From assembly GCA_963771705.1 (NCBI GenBank), contig CAVYUP010000004.1, positions 126,656 through 190,655 on the forward strand: DNA of 64,000 nt. The letters run 5' to 3'. This DNA comes from an uncultured Bacteroidota bacterium (lineage in GTDB: Bacteria; Bacteroidota; Ignavibacteria; Ignavibacteriales; Ignavibacteriaceae). How positions within the stretch are numbered: position 1 is the first letter of the stretch; each line of letters begins with the position of its first letter. Shown in pieces: positions 1-10,019 of this stretch. Below the pieces are notes generated by a model that saw only the letters and a program-made list of their open reading frames with translations, ran no database searches and was not told where the DNA came from. The translations under genes and the position numbers were made by a program.

Positions 1-120
1 ACCGAATCTTTCAGTAAATAAACTCAATAAAATTTAATAAGTTCAAATAAAATATACCGAAATATTTAATCCTGTCAAATATTCATATTGTGAGCAGGTT
101 CTTTCTAAAGACGATATAAA

Positions 121-177
121 GGCGCCGGACCTTTCGCTTTGCAGGCTGCTCAACCGCAGATGGGGTGGCCCGGCACC
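121..177 (-). terminator. Possible extended hairpin / intrinsic terminator downstream of trpB2
   Basis: Arms 121-131 (ggcgccggacc) and 167-177 (ggcccggcacc) pair over 11 positions. On the minus-strand RNA the two non-Watson-Crick positions are G-U wobbles, whereas on the plus strand they would be C-A mismatches. On the minus strand the hairpin is followed by uuuauaucgucuuu. It lies about 40 nt past the trpB2 stop at 218. Confidence 0.35.
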
Positions 178-217
178 GAAGGAGGAGGTCGTTAATTATT
201 TACGGGGACTGATTCAT

Positions 218-1585
218 TTAAGCCGCATCGGGGGTATCAAGCTTTCTTAGATCTGAGTACAGTTCCTCATCAGTTAATTCATGGTCGACGAGCTTTCCGG
301 CGAAGAAGGCTTCATAGGCACTCATATCAAAGTATCCATGGCCGCACAAGTTGAACAATATTGTTTTCTTTGTTCCTTCCTCTTTTGCTTTAAGCGCTTC
401 CCTTATCACCTGGGCAATACCATGATTTGCCTCCGGCGCGGGAATAATACCTTCGGTCTGTGCGAACTTAATTCCCGCCTCAAAGCATTCGATCTGATGA
501 AGCGCTGAGGCCTCGATCAGTTTATCTTTAAGAAGCTGACTGATGATAGCGCCGGCGCCGTGATAGCGGAGTCCGCCCGCGTGGATAGGAGCGGGCACGA
601 AAGTATGGCCGAGCGTATACATAGGAATAAGGGGAGTAAGGCCCACAGTATCCCCGAAATCATACCTGAACTCTCCTTTAGTAAGTTTAGGGCAGCTGGC
701 AGGTTCAACGGCAATGCATCTGACATTTTTACCTTCCTTCAGATTATACCTGAGGAATGGGAAGGCGATACCGGCAAAGTTGGAACCTCCGCCGAAGGGA
801 GCGATGATTATATCGGGGAAGTCACCCGTCATCTCAAGCTGTTTAATGGCCTCCTGTCCTATCACCGTCTGATGCATGAGAACATGATTAAGTACACTTC
901 CGAGCGAGTACTTAGCTCCTTCAGTTGTGGCGGCGCGTTCAACCGCTTCTGAAATGGCTATACCAAGGCTACCGGGAGAGTCGGGATTTTCCGAGAGAAT
1001 CTTTTTACCTGAATTTGTTCTTTCGCTTGGAGAAGAATACACCTCTGCCCCGAAAGTATTCATCATTATTTTCCTGTAAGGCTTCTGATCATAGCTTATC
1101 CGCACCATATAGACCTCGCATCCCAGTCCGAACTGATTACACGCAAAACTGAGCGCGGTTCCCCACTGACCGGCGCCTGTTTCCGTTACAAGCTTTCTAA
1201 CCCCTTCCTCTTTATTGTAAAATGCCTGAGCAATTGCCGTATTCGGTTTATGAGAGCCTGCTGGACTTACGCCCTCGTACTTATAATAAATCCGGGCAGG
1301 GGTATCAAGAAGCTTTTCGAGTCCTGATGCCCTATAAAGAGGGGTTGGTCTGTACATCCTGTAGACCTTTCTCACCTCATCGGGAATTTCGATATAACGT
1401 TCCTTAGACACCTCCTGTTTAATAAGCTCCATCGGGAAGAGTGGAGCGAGGTCATCAGGGCCAACAGGTTTTTTTGTAATCGGATGAAGCGGGGGGAGAA
1501 GGGGATTAGGCATATCAGCCTGGATGTTGTAAAAACTTTCAGGCATTTCGGATTCATCGAGCAGAATCTTTTTGGGAGAACTCAT
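218..1585 (-). CDS. trpB: Tryptophan synthase beta chain-like PLP enzyme, TrpB2 type (stand-alone, no trpA nearby)
   Basis: 455-aa ORF with the PLP-lysine region [12 protein letters not shown] and the GGGSNFAG glycine loop. Its length and long N-terminal extension are typical of TrpB2 rather than TrpB1. Confidence 0.85.
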   Translation of the reverse strand: MSSPKKILLDESEMPESFYNIQADMPNPLLPPLHPITKKPVGPDDLAPLFPMELIKQEVSKERYIEIPDEVRKVYRMYRPTPLYRASGLEKLLDTPARIYYKYEGVSPAGSHKPNTAIAQAFYNKEEGVRKLVTETGAGQWGTALSFACNQFGLGCEVYMVRISYDQKPYRKIMMNTFGAEVYSSPSERTNSGKKILSENPDSPGSLGIAISEAVERAATTEGAKYSLGSVLNHVLMHQTVIGQEAIKQLEMTGDFPDIIIAPFGGGSNFAGIAFPFLRYNLKEGKNVRCIAVEPASCPKLTKGEFRYDFGDTVGLTPLIPMYTLGHTFVPAPIHAGGLRYHGAGAIISQLLKDKLIEASALHQIECFEAGIKFAQTEGIIPAPEANHGIAQVIREALKAKEEGTKKTILFNLCGHGYFDMSAYEAFFAGKLVDHELTDEELYSDLRKLDTPDAA

Positions 1586-1966
1586 GATATTACTCCGTTA
1601 ATAAAGAATTAATAGAATTATAGGATTAAATAAGAATTATTTACGTACGAACGTATGTATGTGGAAATATATTAGAGGCGCCAGCGCCAGATTGGTAATT
1701 GGGTCGGGTTGAAGAAGTTATATTTAATAGTTGTGTTCAATTTGCCTGCTGAAAAAATCTGACCTCAATATATTCCTTAAAATTATATATGTCAACAGCT
1801 CAGAAGAATACTTTTACGTCGGGGCAATTATTCAGTACTGTTCCCCTGTTTAATCTGGCAGTGCTTATCCGCACTCATACATCTTTGAGCCTCATCAACA
1901 ATCAGGGATACACCCCGACATATATTTTAACTGTTAATAAAAATAATATTAGAAAGGTTAAAGATC

Positions 1967-2725
1967 ATGAACAGGTTTATGAAATATGCGGCCGGCCATT
2001 ATTACATGGCGGTTCTGCTGTTTCTTTTAATAGCATTCCATCCGTTATATGCATCCGGCGATAATGATGCACTAAAGGGAAAAATCGAAAACGCGATTAC
2101 CAGCAGATATGATCCTTCTGAAATTAAGGTTTCTGTAAACGACAACGGCGAAGTAACTCTTAAGGGTGAAGTGAATTCTCTTTACGACAAGTACCGTATT
2201 TATGAGATAGCCTCATATGTTCAGGGTGTTAAGCAGATAGAAAATGACATCAAGGTGAACACAGATTTACTTCCTGCAAAAATAATTCAGGCTAACGTAA
2301 GACAATTAATTGATAACAGCACTGCAATTAAAGAACCTCAGAAAATAAACGTGGAAGTAGACGGATCTGTTGTAAATCTTTCAGGCAATGTAAACTTTGA
2401 AAGGGAGAGAGTAATTGCTATGACCCTGACCTCGCAGGCGGACGGTGTAACGGACATCCAGGATAAGATGACTGTAACACCTATCGGGAAGGCTGTTGAT
2501 GATAATAATATCAAAGATTATCTGCACTCAATTCTTATTAATGAATTCCCGCTGACGAATCCAAAGGATGTCAGCATTTCAGTTGACAAGGGGTTTGTTA
2601 CAATTGAGGGTGCAGTAGCTAATCTCTGGACAAAAGAGAAGATTGAGAAGGAGTTCGCGAGTGTTGCGGGTGTAGTGAGAGTTATTAACAACCTGGATGT
2701 TAATCCAGATCTGACAGATTCCTAG
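1967..2725 (+). CDS. Secreted BON-domain protein (OsmY-like, about three BON repeats)
   Basis: N-terminal signal-like hydrophobic stretch. The motif pattern is repeated: 'V..G.VTL.G.V.s...k..i..ia..v.GV..I.N.i.V'. Confidence 0.75.
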   Translation: MNRFMKYAAGHYYMAVLLFLLIAFHPLYASGDNDALKGKIENAITSRYDPSEIKVSVNDNGEVTLKGEVNSLYDKYRIYEIASYVQGVKQIENDIKVNTDLLPAKIIQANVRQLIDNSTAIKEPQKINVEVDGSVVNLSGNVNFERERVIAMTLTSQADGVTDIQDKMTVTPIGKAVDDNNIKDYLHSILINEFPLTNPKDVSISVDKGFVTIEGAVANLWTKEKIEKEFASVAGVVRVINNLDVNPDLTDS

Positions 2726-2837
2726 GACAGTTCCGGAGCAGCGTATCTTATAGTGTAACTGCAAGGAAGCGTGATAACTGTACTTAGAAAACCTGTCAGC
2801 TGAAAAATTGTTATTAACCATTGATCTCCGTCATTAT

Positions 2838-2872
2838 GCCGGCATCTGATACAGCAGGCCGCCGGCTTTTTT
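2838..2872 (+). terminator. Putative rho-independent terminator after the BON gene
   Basis: gccggc (2838-2843) pairs with gccggc (2861-2866) and is followed by tttttt (2867-2872). Confidence 0.45.
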
Positions 2873-2966
2873 ATTAATGATTTATTTTTACATAATATTA
2901 TAGCTGCATTTTTTGTATTATAAATGACAGCTTAATAACTAATAACCCCGGAGTACATCTATTTTA

Positions 2967-4004
2967 ATGAATGCACCTGATTCTTTGACTAACCCCCGCG
3001 TCTGGAAAGGCCTAGTTTCCAGGTATCAGAAATCTCAAACACCAAAAAGCATATGGCAATTAGTCAACTCTTTTATACCGCTTGTATTAATATGGCTGAC
3101 AATGCTTTTCGCCCTCAATTACAGTTACTGGATTACCCTGCTACTGGCTTTTCCCGCTGCCGGATTCTCCATCAGGCTTTTTATAATACAGCATGACTGC
3201 GGGCATGGTTCTTTCTTTAAGACAAAAAAGGCCAATGACCGCTGCGGTATTTTCTGTAGTTTCTTCACTTTTACCCCTTATCATTACTGGCGCAAGAAAC
3301 ATGCTATTCATCATAAGAATGCGGGCAACCTTGAACATCGCGGAGTAGGTGACATTTATACGATGACGGTTAAAGAATATTTTAGTCTTAAACGCTGGGG
3401 AAAATTGAAATACCGTCTTTACAGGAATCCCCTCATACTTTTTATAGTTTTCCCGACGATTTTATTTCTGATCGTCTACAGATTTCCAGCCCCGGGTGAT
3501 AAATCCAAGTTGAGGAATTACCAATTCAGCGTTTATATGACCAGCTTTGTTATCGGTCTTATTATAGCGTCACTTATATGGCTTGTGGGGCTGCAGGCAT
3601 TTCTGCTTATACAGCTTCCGATATCGATAATAACCTCTTCAACAGGCGCCTGGCTCTTTTTTGTTCAGCATCAGTTCGAGAATACATACTGGGCGGATCA
3701 AGAGAAATGGGACTTTTCCGAAGCGGCTCTGCATGGCAGTTCCTACTATAAGCTGCCGAAAGTACTGCAATGGTTCACCGGGAATATCGGATTTCACCAT
3801 ATACATCATTTAAGTCCGAGAATTCCAAATTACCTGCTGGAAAAATGCCAGAAAGAGAATCCCGAACTCCAGAAAACCGCCACCGTTCTTACACTGCGCT
3901 CAAGTTTAAAGAGCGTTCTGCTGAGCCTTTGGGATGAGAAGCAGAAAAAACTTGTCAGTTTCAGGCAGTCGAGGAGGCTTCACCTGGAATCGATAAGCGA
4001 ATAA
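2967..4004 (+). CDS. Membrane fatty-acid desaturase (three histidine boxes)
   Basis: Histidine boxes HDCGH, HAIHH and HHIHH at the spacing typical of acyl-lipid/acyl-CoA desaturases, with several TM segments. Confidence 0.85.
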   Translation: MNAPDSLTNPRVWKGLVSRYQKSQTPKSIWQLVNSFIPLVLIWLTMLFALNYSYWITLLLAFPAAGFSIRLFIIQHDCGHGSFFKTKKANDRCGIFCSFFTFTPYHYWRKKHAIHHKNAGNLEHRGVGDIYTMTVKEYFSLKRWGKLKYRLYRNPLILFIVFPTILFLIVYRFPAPGDKSKLRNYQFSVYMTSFVIGLIIASLIWLVGLQAFLLIQLPISIITSSTGAWLFFVQHQFENTYWADQEKWDFSEAALHGSSYYKLPKVLQWFTGNIGFHHIHHLSPRIPNYLLEKCQKENPELQKTATVLTLRSSLKSVLLSLWDEKQKKLVSFRQSRRLHLESISE

Positions 4005-6175
4005 GGTTTTATATATTTTTCGTTTGATTTACTTTTCGGGGCAGTGAAAATAAACCTGGAACCCTTCCCGGGTTCACTTTCTATCCTGAACAGGCCACTA
4101 TTCAGCCTGATCATCTCTTTGCAGATCTCCAGTCCCAGTCCCGTTCCCTTTTCATTCGCAGTTCCGTCAGTAGAAGTATGACCGTTCCCCTCAAGTATTC
4201 GATTGATCTCCCCGGGGGTAAGACCTTTTCCTGTATCTTCGACCATAACTTCAACATCGTGCTCTTTTGAGACTGATTTAACAACCACCAAGCTCCCTTT
4301 TTGCGAGTACTTAACCGCGTTGGACAGCAAGTTCCGCAGAACAGAAGAGATCATATCCTCATCGGCGAAAACAGATGTTCCTTCGGGAATTTCTGTAACT
4401 ATAGTTATATGCTTTTTTACAGCATTATGCAGAAGCAGGGAAGAGGACTTTTCTACGATTTCCGCAAGCTCAAAGACTTCCGGTTTACTAATAATTTTAT
4501 CCATCTGGAGGCGAGCCCATTCCAGCAGGTTTTCAAAGAGTATGAAAGTCTGTCTTGTTGTAAAATGAAGGTTTTCGGAATAATCAGAGATTTCCTTTCT
4601 GGATAAATCCATAACATTTTGATTAAGTATTTCGGAATAACCCAGGAGAGCCTGGAACGGACTTCTGAGGTCGTGTGAAATAATAGAGAGAAGTTTATTC
4701 TTATTCTCATTCAGAACCTTCAACTCATTCTTCTGTCTGCCGATCTCCCTTATCTTTTCTTCAAGCAATCTGTTCGCATTCTTTTTTATTCTGTACCTGT
4801 TATAGATAAGGAACGCAATGATAATAAAGACGAGGAGGCCCGCGATCAGAAAGTTACGGAGCATTGTTTCGCGCTCAGTCTGAAGACTGCTGATCTTTTT
4901 CTCCCTGTACAGAAGAGCAATCTCTTTATCTTTCTTTTCCATTTTATATTTTGTCTGCAGTTCGGCCATCTTTTCTGAAGAGTTCTGGTTAAAGAGAGAG
5001 TCTTTCAGCAGAGTATAACCTTTATAGCTTTTATAAGCTTCACGGAAATTCCCCATTTTCTCATAGACAGTTGATTTACCCTTATAAGCGTCAAGAAGCA
5101 GTTTCATGCTGAAATTTTCCGCGAGGGAGGCGGCCTCATTAAAAGAGGCAAGAGCTTCATGGTATTTGCCCATATCATTATAAGCCCGGCCAATCTGGAC
5201 CAGCGAAATAATTACTCCTTCTTTATTTCCGATCTTACGCTGTATGTTAACGGAACGCTGAAGGTACTTTACGGCTGCAGGATATTCTCCCAGGCTCGCA
5301 TAAATCCTTCCAATGTCTCCCATAGACAATGCCGCACCGGATTTATCATCAATCTTTTCATTAAGGCGGAGCGAAGCGAGATGAAAATCGAGCGCCTTTT
5401 TAAGATCATCCTGCTGTGAGTATATGTTGGCCATGTTATTAAGTATATCGGCCCGTGAATTAAGATCACCCGTCTCTGATGTAATTTTGAGAGCTTTATC
5501 ATAATATTCGAGTGCCCGTGGATAGTCGTTCTGGTCATTATAGACCGCCCCGATATTGGTAAGCGCCCTCGACATACCTGTTTTATCGCCTAGCTTTTCG
5601 CTCAGTTTCAGCGATTCCAGATAATATTTAAGTGCTTTTTCATAATTACCCCGGTTATGATAAATTATTCCGATATTGCTCAGATACGAGTTAAGCTCGG
5701 GATTATCTCCCAATACTTTACCGCTTTTATAAGCCTCTTCATAATAATTAAGGGCCTTGCTGAGATCCCCCGTCAGGTAGTAATAATTTCCGAGACTATT
5801 ATACGCAGGAGGGAGCTGGTTCTTAAGATCATACCTTTCCGCGCAATCAAGACTTTCCCTAAAATATTTCTCAGCCTCCGGGTACTGACTAAGGAAACTA
5901 TATGCTATCCCTATATTTTTAAGCGAGATACATATCCATTCGGCATCATTTAGCTGCCGGGCCGATCCGAGGGCCTCATTCCCGTAATTCAGGCTCTTCC
6001 GGGGTGAACTTGTCCGGTATAACCCCGAGAGATTATTTAAGATCCGGATTCTCTCAATACCCTTTGAGAATGTCAGCCGGCTTTCAAGACTGTCTATAGC
6101 TCCCCCGGCAAATGTGAAATTATTAGAAATGAGCAACACTATGAGGGCGGCAGAAAACAACGCAGATTTCAACAA
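3980..6175 (-). CDS. TPR-repeat sensor histidine kinase (signal peptide, about 10 TPRs, TM, HisKA, HATPase)
   Basis: Repeated TPR signature (A..yy..AL.i....gd). One TM helix (FLIAGLLVFIIIAFLIY). H-box SIISHDLRSP. N/G boxes (LLSNAVKYS, DTGKGL, GTGLGL). Start codon is TTG. The 3' end overlaps the desaturase 3' end by 25 nt. Confidence 0.85.
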   Translation of the reverse strand: MLKSALFSAALIVLLISNNFTFAGGAIDSLESRLTFSKGIERIRILNNLSGLYRTSSPRKSLNYGNEALGSARQLNDAEWICISLKNIGIAYSFLSQYPEAEKYFRESLDCAERYDLKNQLPPAYNSLGNYYYLTGDLSKALNYYEEAYKSGKVLGDNPELNSYLSNIGIIYHNRGNYEKALKYYLESLKLSEKLGDKTGMSRALTNIGAVYNDQNDYPRALEYYDKALKITSETGDLNSRADILNNMANIYSQQDDLKKALDFHLASLRLNEKIDDKSGAALSMGDIGRIYASLGEYPAAVKYLQRSVNIQRKIGNKEGVIISLVQIGRAYNDMGKYHEALASFNEAASLAENFSMKLLLDAYKGKSTVYEKMGNFREAYKSYKGYTLLKDSLFNQNSSEKMAELQTKYKMEKKDKEIALLYREKKISSLQTERETMLRNFLIAGLLVFIIIAFLIYNRYRIKKNANRLLEEKIREIGRQKNELKVLNENKNKLLSIISHDLRSPFQALLGYSEILNQNVMDLSRKEISDYSENLHFTTRQTFILFENLLEWARLQMDKIISKPEVFELAEIVEKSSSLLLHNAVKKHITIVTEIPEGTSVFADEDMISSVLRNLLSNAVKYSQKGSLVVVKSVSKEHDVEVMVEDTGKGLTPGEINRILEGNGHTSTDGTANEKGTGLGLEICKEMIRLNSGLFRIESEPGKGSRFIFTAPKSKSNEKYIKPYSLIDSR

Positions 6176-6654
6176 ATAAGATTTCCTTAATTCAATCAGA
6201 TAAAAACGTCCGATTAGGACTCAATAAAATATCAATAATAATATCCAGAATAATGCCATTGCTTAAAAAAACAGAAGGGTCTTAAATTTACTCCCTTTAC
6301 TACCTATTTTCCAGGTACAAACAATTGTTACTACAAACATAATTAAAAGTATAAAATAATTACAGAGGTGAAGTAAAAAATTCTGCATCCAAGGAGGGGG
6401 GAGGGTGTTTTGCATGGGCACAAATAATTATGAAGGAAATGATAGAACATTTTTGTAATTTTACCGTGTATATTATAATCGATAGTATTTCTTTTCCGTT
6501 GCGGAAGAGAATTAAGCCAGCCTGAATCAAATTATATTCTTGCCTGAATTACTTCTCTGATAAATTTCCGGATACACAGAGTTCGTATCTAAGACTGATA
6601 AAAAGTTACTCTCAGCTATAGTAAAAAATATTTTAAAGAAACAGAAAGAAACAA

Positions 6655-8388
6655 ATGTTGACATTTAAAGAAGCCGGACTGGAAGAAGCGCTGATCCGTG
6701 CCGTTGAAGAACTGGGTTTTGAGACCATGATGCCTATCCAGGAAAAAGTAATCCCTGTGCTTATTAAGGAAGACTCTCCCGACATAATTGCGCTTGCACA
6801 GACGGGCACAGGAAAAACCGCAGCTTTCGGACTACCTCTTATTCAGAAAACCAATTTATCTCACAGGCACACACAGCACCTGATCCTTGCACCAACCAGG
6901 GAATTATGCCTGCAGATAGCGGATGACCTTATGGAATTCGCTAAATACACTCCCGGTCTGAAGATCGCGGCAGTATTCGGTGGTTCAAGTATGGAGAAAC
7001 AGATAAAGAAAATTAAGGACGGCGCACATATTATTTCTGCAACGCCCGGACGTTTACTGGATTTATTAAACAGAAAAGTAATTGATCTCAAAAAAATAAA
7101 GACCGTTGTTCTCGATGAAGCAGACGAGATGCTGAGTATGGGTTTCAGGGATGACCTGGAATCAATTCTTGCGGCTACACCCAAAGCAAAGAACACCCTT
7201 CTTTTTTCTGCCACGATGTCGGGCGACATTAAAAAAATTGCCGGAAGGTATATGAATCAGCCCGTTGAATTTTCGATCGGCAGAAGGAATTCAGGTTCTG
7301 ATGACGTTAATCATATCTGCTATATGGTCCATGCGCGAGACAGGTATCTTGCACTGAAACGAATCGTAGACTTCAATCCCGATATTTACGGAATAGTTTT
7401 CTGCAGAACACGCAGGGAAACGCAGGAAGTTGCCGACCATCTTGTTAAAGACGGCTACAATGCGGAAGCCCTCCATGGAGATCTTTCACAGCCCCAGCGC
7501 ACCGTAGTAATGAATAAGTTCCGGAATAAAAATATAACCCTGCTTGTGGCAACTGATGTTGCCGCGAGGGGACTGGATGTTGATAATCTTACTCATATCA
7601 TCAACTACAATCTGCCTGATGATTCAGAGCTCTACACACACCGTAGCGGCCGCACGGGGCGTGCCGGAAGGAAGGGAACATCGATAGTAATCTCGAATCT
7701 CAAGGAAAACATACGGCTTTCGATTATCGAAGATCAGTTAGGGAAAGAATTTAAGCATCTGCCTGTTCCCGGAGGCAAGGAAATCTGTGAAAAGCAGCTG
7801 TTTCATATGATCGACCGTATGGAAAAAGTTGAAGTTAACAACACACAGATCACCTCCTTCCTGCCCGATATTTACAAAAAACTTGAATGGCTAGACCGTG
7901 AAGAATTAATAAAGAAATTTGTTTCGCTCGAGTTTAACCGTTTCCTCGATTATTATAAAAATACGCCTGACCTTAACCCAGCTTCTGGAAAAGAAAGAGG
8001 CGGTAAAGCGAGAGCCGGAAACGAAAGAGGCAGGAATAACAGACCTGACTACACACGCTTTTTTATTAACCTCGGCGATACTGACAATCTGCAGCCGCAG
8101 AAGTTAATAGGACTGATAAATGAATATACAGGCGTAAATAATATTGACGTTGGTGATATTGAAATCCTTAAGAACTTTTCTTTTTTTGAAACAGACAAAG
8201 ATTATACGGACACAATTCTTGATGCTTTCTCAGGGAAATCGCATAAAGGCAGAGAAATAAGTGTTGAGATCGCAACCAAAAAAGGAAGCGGAAACAAATC
8301 GCAAAAAAGGGGAAACCGGGAAAGCAATAAATTTTCCGGCAGACAGAAAAAAAACAAAAGAAAAAGTTATAAAGGGCAGAGGAAATAA
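6655..8388 (+). CDS. deaD: DEAD-box ATP-dependent RNA helicase with DbpA/DeaD-type C-terminal RNA-binding domain and basic tail
   Basis: Q-motif region, AQTGTGKT (motif I), DEAD (VLDEADEML), SAT, HRSGRTGRAG (motif VI). C-terminal DbpA-like segment and K/R-rich tail. Confidence 0.9.
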   Translation: MLTFKEAGLEEALIRAVEELGFETMMPIQEKVIPVLIKEDSPDIIALAQTGTGKTAAFGLPLIQKTNLSHRHTQHLILAPTRELCLQIADDLMEFAKYTPGLKIAAVFGGSSMEKQIKKIKDGAHIISATPGRLLDLLNRKVIDLKKIKTVVLDEADEMLSMGFRDDLESILAATPKAKNTLLFSATMSGDIKKIAGRYMNQPVEFSIGRRNSGSDDVNHICYMVHARDRYLALKRIVDFNPDIYGIVFCRTRRETQEVADHLVKDGYNAEALHGDLSQPQRTVVMNKFRNKNITLLVATDVAARGLDVDNLTHIINYNLPDDSELYTHRSGRTGRAGRKGTSIVISNLKENIRLSIIEDQLGKEFKHLPVPGGKEICEKQLFHMIDRMEKVEVNNTQITSFLPDIYKKLEWLDREELIKKFVSLEFNRFLDYYKNTPDLNPASGKERGGKARAGNERGRNNRPDYTRFFINLGDTDNLQPQKLIGLINEYTGVNNIDVGDIEILKNFSFFETDKDYTDTILDAFSGKSHKGREISVEIATKKGSGNKSQKRGNRESNKFSGRQKKNKRKSYKGQRK

Positions 8389-8480
8389 GCAGAAATCTAT
8401 TTTAAATATTTAGGATGGGATGTACTTTGAAGAAAGACATCCCCGCCTGAAACATAGATGCTGTAGATGCCGCCAAATCC

Positions 8481-8840
8481 TTAATTCCGGGTCATTTTCT
8501 TTATCAGTTCATTTCCCCTGTCCCAGACACGCAGATCTATACGTCCGCATTCATGCAAGTTCAGAGCCATTTCAAAATTATACTTAAAGGCCAGGGCGCG
8601 GCAGTCGGCTGCTCTGCATAACGAGGGGGCACGATCATGAATGCTGCAGCCTTCTTCCCCGAGGTAAAAACAATCGCCGTTAGGTTTATGCGCAATCATC
8701 AAAGCTCCCGGAATGAAGGAATGAGGTTCAGTAACGTAAAAGGCGGGATCATCTTCTTCAAGAAGCCTGACTGCATCCCCCTGGCAGCAGAGGGTGCAGC
8801 CGTCACAGGGTACTTTTACATATTTTCTTTTAGGCTGCAT
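8481..8840 (-). CDS. YkgJ-family (UPF0153) cysteine-cluster protein
   Basis: CDGCTLCCQG ... CFYL ... GCSIHDRAPSLCR pattern. I prefer the ATG at 8840 (gaagga RBS upstream) over the GTG at 8864 in the ORF track. Confidence 0.65.
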   Translation of the reverse strand: MQPKRKYVKVPCDGCTLCCQGDAVRLLEEDDPAFYVTEPHSFIPGALMIAHKPNGDCFYLGEEGCSIHDRAPSLCRAADCRALAFKYNFEMALNLHECGRIDLRVWDRGNELIKKMTRN

Positions 8841-8899
8841 TGGTATCCTTCTTTTGTCAAACACCTTTGTAAACCCGAAACAGAAGCTATCTGGTAATC

Positions 8900-9874
8900 T
8901 TATACTTTCTTTAATACAGCGACCGTTACATCATCCAGGGGTTTAGCCGATTTCATGAAAGCACCATAATCGCTGAACAATCTATCCAGTATGAGATCGG
9001 GAGTATCATTACCAGCTTTCAGGTAACTATCGATCAGCCGGTTTTCTCCGTACTCATCTCCGCCCGAGAAAGACTCTGTAAGACCGTCGGTATAAATAAG
9101 GACAGTATTTCCCGGCTCCATTGAATACCGGCTCACTTCGTATTCAGATCCGCAGAATAAGCCTACGGGAATGCCTGTAGCCTTTATTTTTGTGAAATTA
9201 TTTTCTTTTAAGAGGAGAGGGGGATTGTGGCCCGCTATGCAGAATTCAATGACACCATCGGGCGAACCTTTACCGAAAACCATTGTGGCGTAATTATTAG
9301 AAAGAATACTTTCACAGAAGAGTCTGTTAGTTCTTCTTACGATTTCCTGAAGCGGGAGTCCGAATGTAAGAAAGCTCCGGATAAGAGCGTGAAGCTGCGA
9401 CATCATCAACGAAGCGGAAATTCCCTTACCCGAGACATCGCCGAGAATCAGGAAGAACGAGTTGTCATCCCGCTGTATAAAATCGCAGAAGTCGCCGCTT
9501 ACTATGCCCGCGGGATGATAACGGTAGCTGAACTGCCAGCCGTCGATACTAACATTATTATTCGGAAGGAGACCGCGCTGTACCTTGCCCGCAAGTTCAA
9601 GGTCCTGCTCTAAGGCCCGCTGCTGTTCGACGTTGAGGTGATCGAGGCATACAGAAATCATCGGATCGAATGAGAGACGTTCCGGTTCGATGGGGTCGTG
9701 GCAGACTTCACAAATCCCGAAAAAACCCTTATCAATTCTTTCAATGGTTCTATCGATCTGCTGGAGAAGTTTATAAATTTTAACCGGTTCAGAGAGATTA
9801 TCAGCGCTATCTTCCAGCCTCTGCCGTCTTTCTGTCAGTTGTTTCCGGAGGAAGGGGAGGTTCAAGTTTTCCAT
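8900..9874 (-). CDS. PP2C/SpoIIE-family phosphatase with an N-terminal DksA/TraR-type zinc-finger module
   Basis: The C-terminal 240 aa carry SpoIIE/PPM motifs (SGDFCDF, LGDVSGKGISASLMM, YTDGLTE, DDVTV). Residues 55-79, CEVCHDPIEPERLSFDPMISVCLDH, match the DksA finger CxxC-x17-CxxC position by position, with the last Cys replaced by His. Confidence 0.8.
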   Translation of the reverse strand: MENLNLPFLRKQLTERRQRLEDSADNLSEPVKIYKLLQQIDRTIERIDKGFFGICEVCHDPIEPERLSFDPMISVCLDHLNVEQQRALEQDLELAGKVQRGLLPNNNVSIDGWQFSYRYHPAGIVSGDFCDFIQRDDNSFFLILGDVSGKGISASLMMSQLHALIRSFLTFGLPLQEIVRRTNRLFCESILSNNYATMVFGKGSPDGVIEFCIAGHNPPLLLKENNFTKIKATGIPVGLFCGSEYEVSRYSMEPGNTVLIYTDGLTESFSGGDEYGENRLIDSYLKAGNDTPDLILDRLFSDYGAFMKSAKPLDDVTVAVLKKV

Positions 9875-10019
9875 TCTTTAACCTCGTATTTGAAAAATTA
9901 TACAGTAATATAATCTTATTTTAGGGTGAACACAATCCACCCAGGGAAGATAGAATTGCTGATATTGCCAAATAATAAAAGGAAAGCTATTTTTACACTA
10001 TCAGATAAAGGAGGAGATC

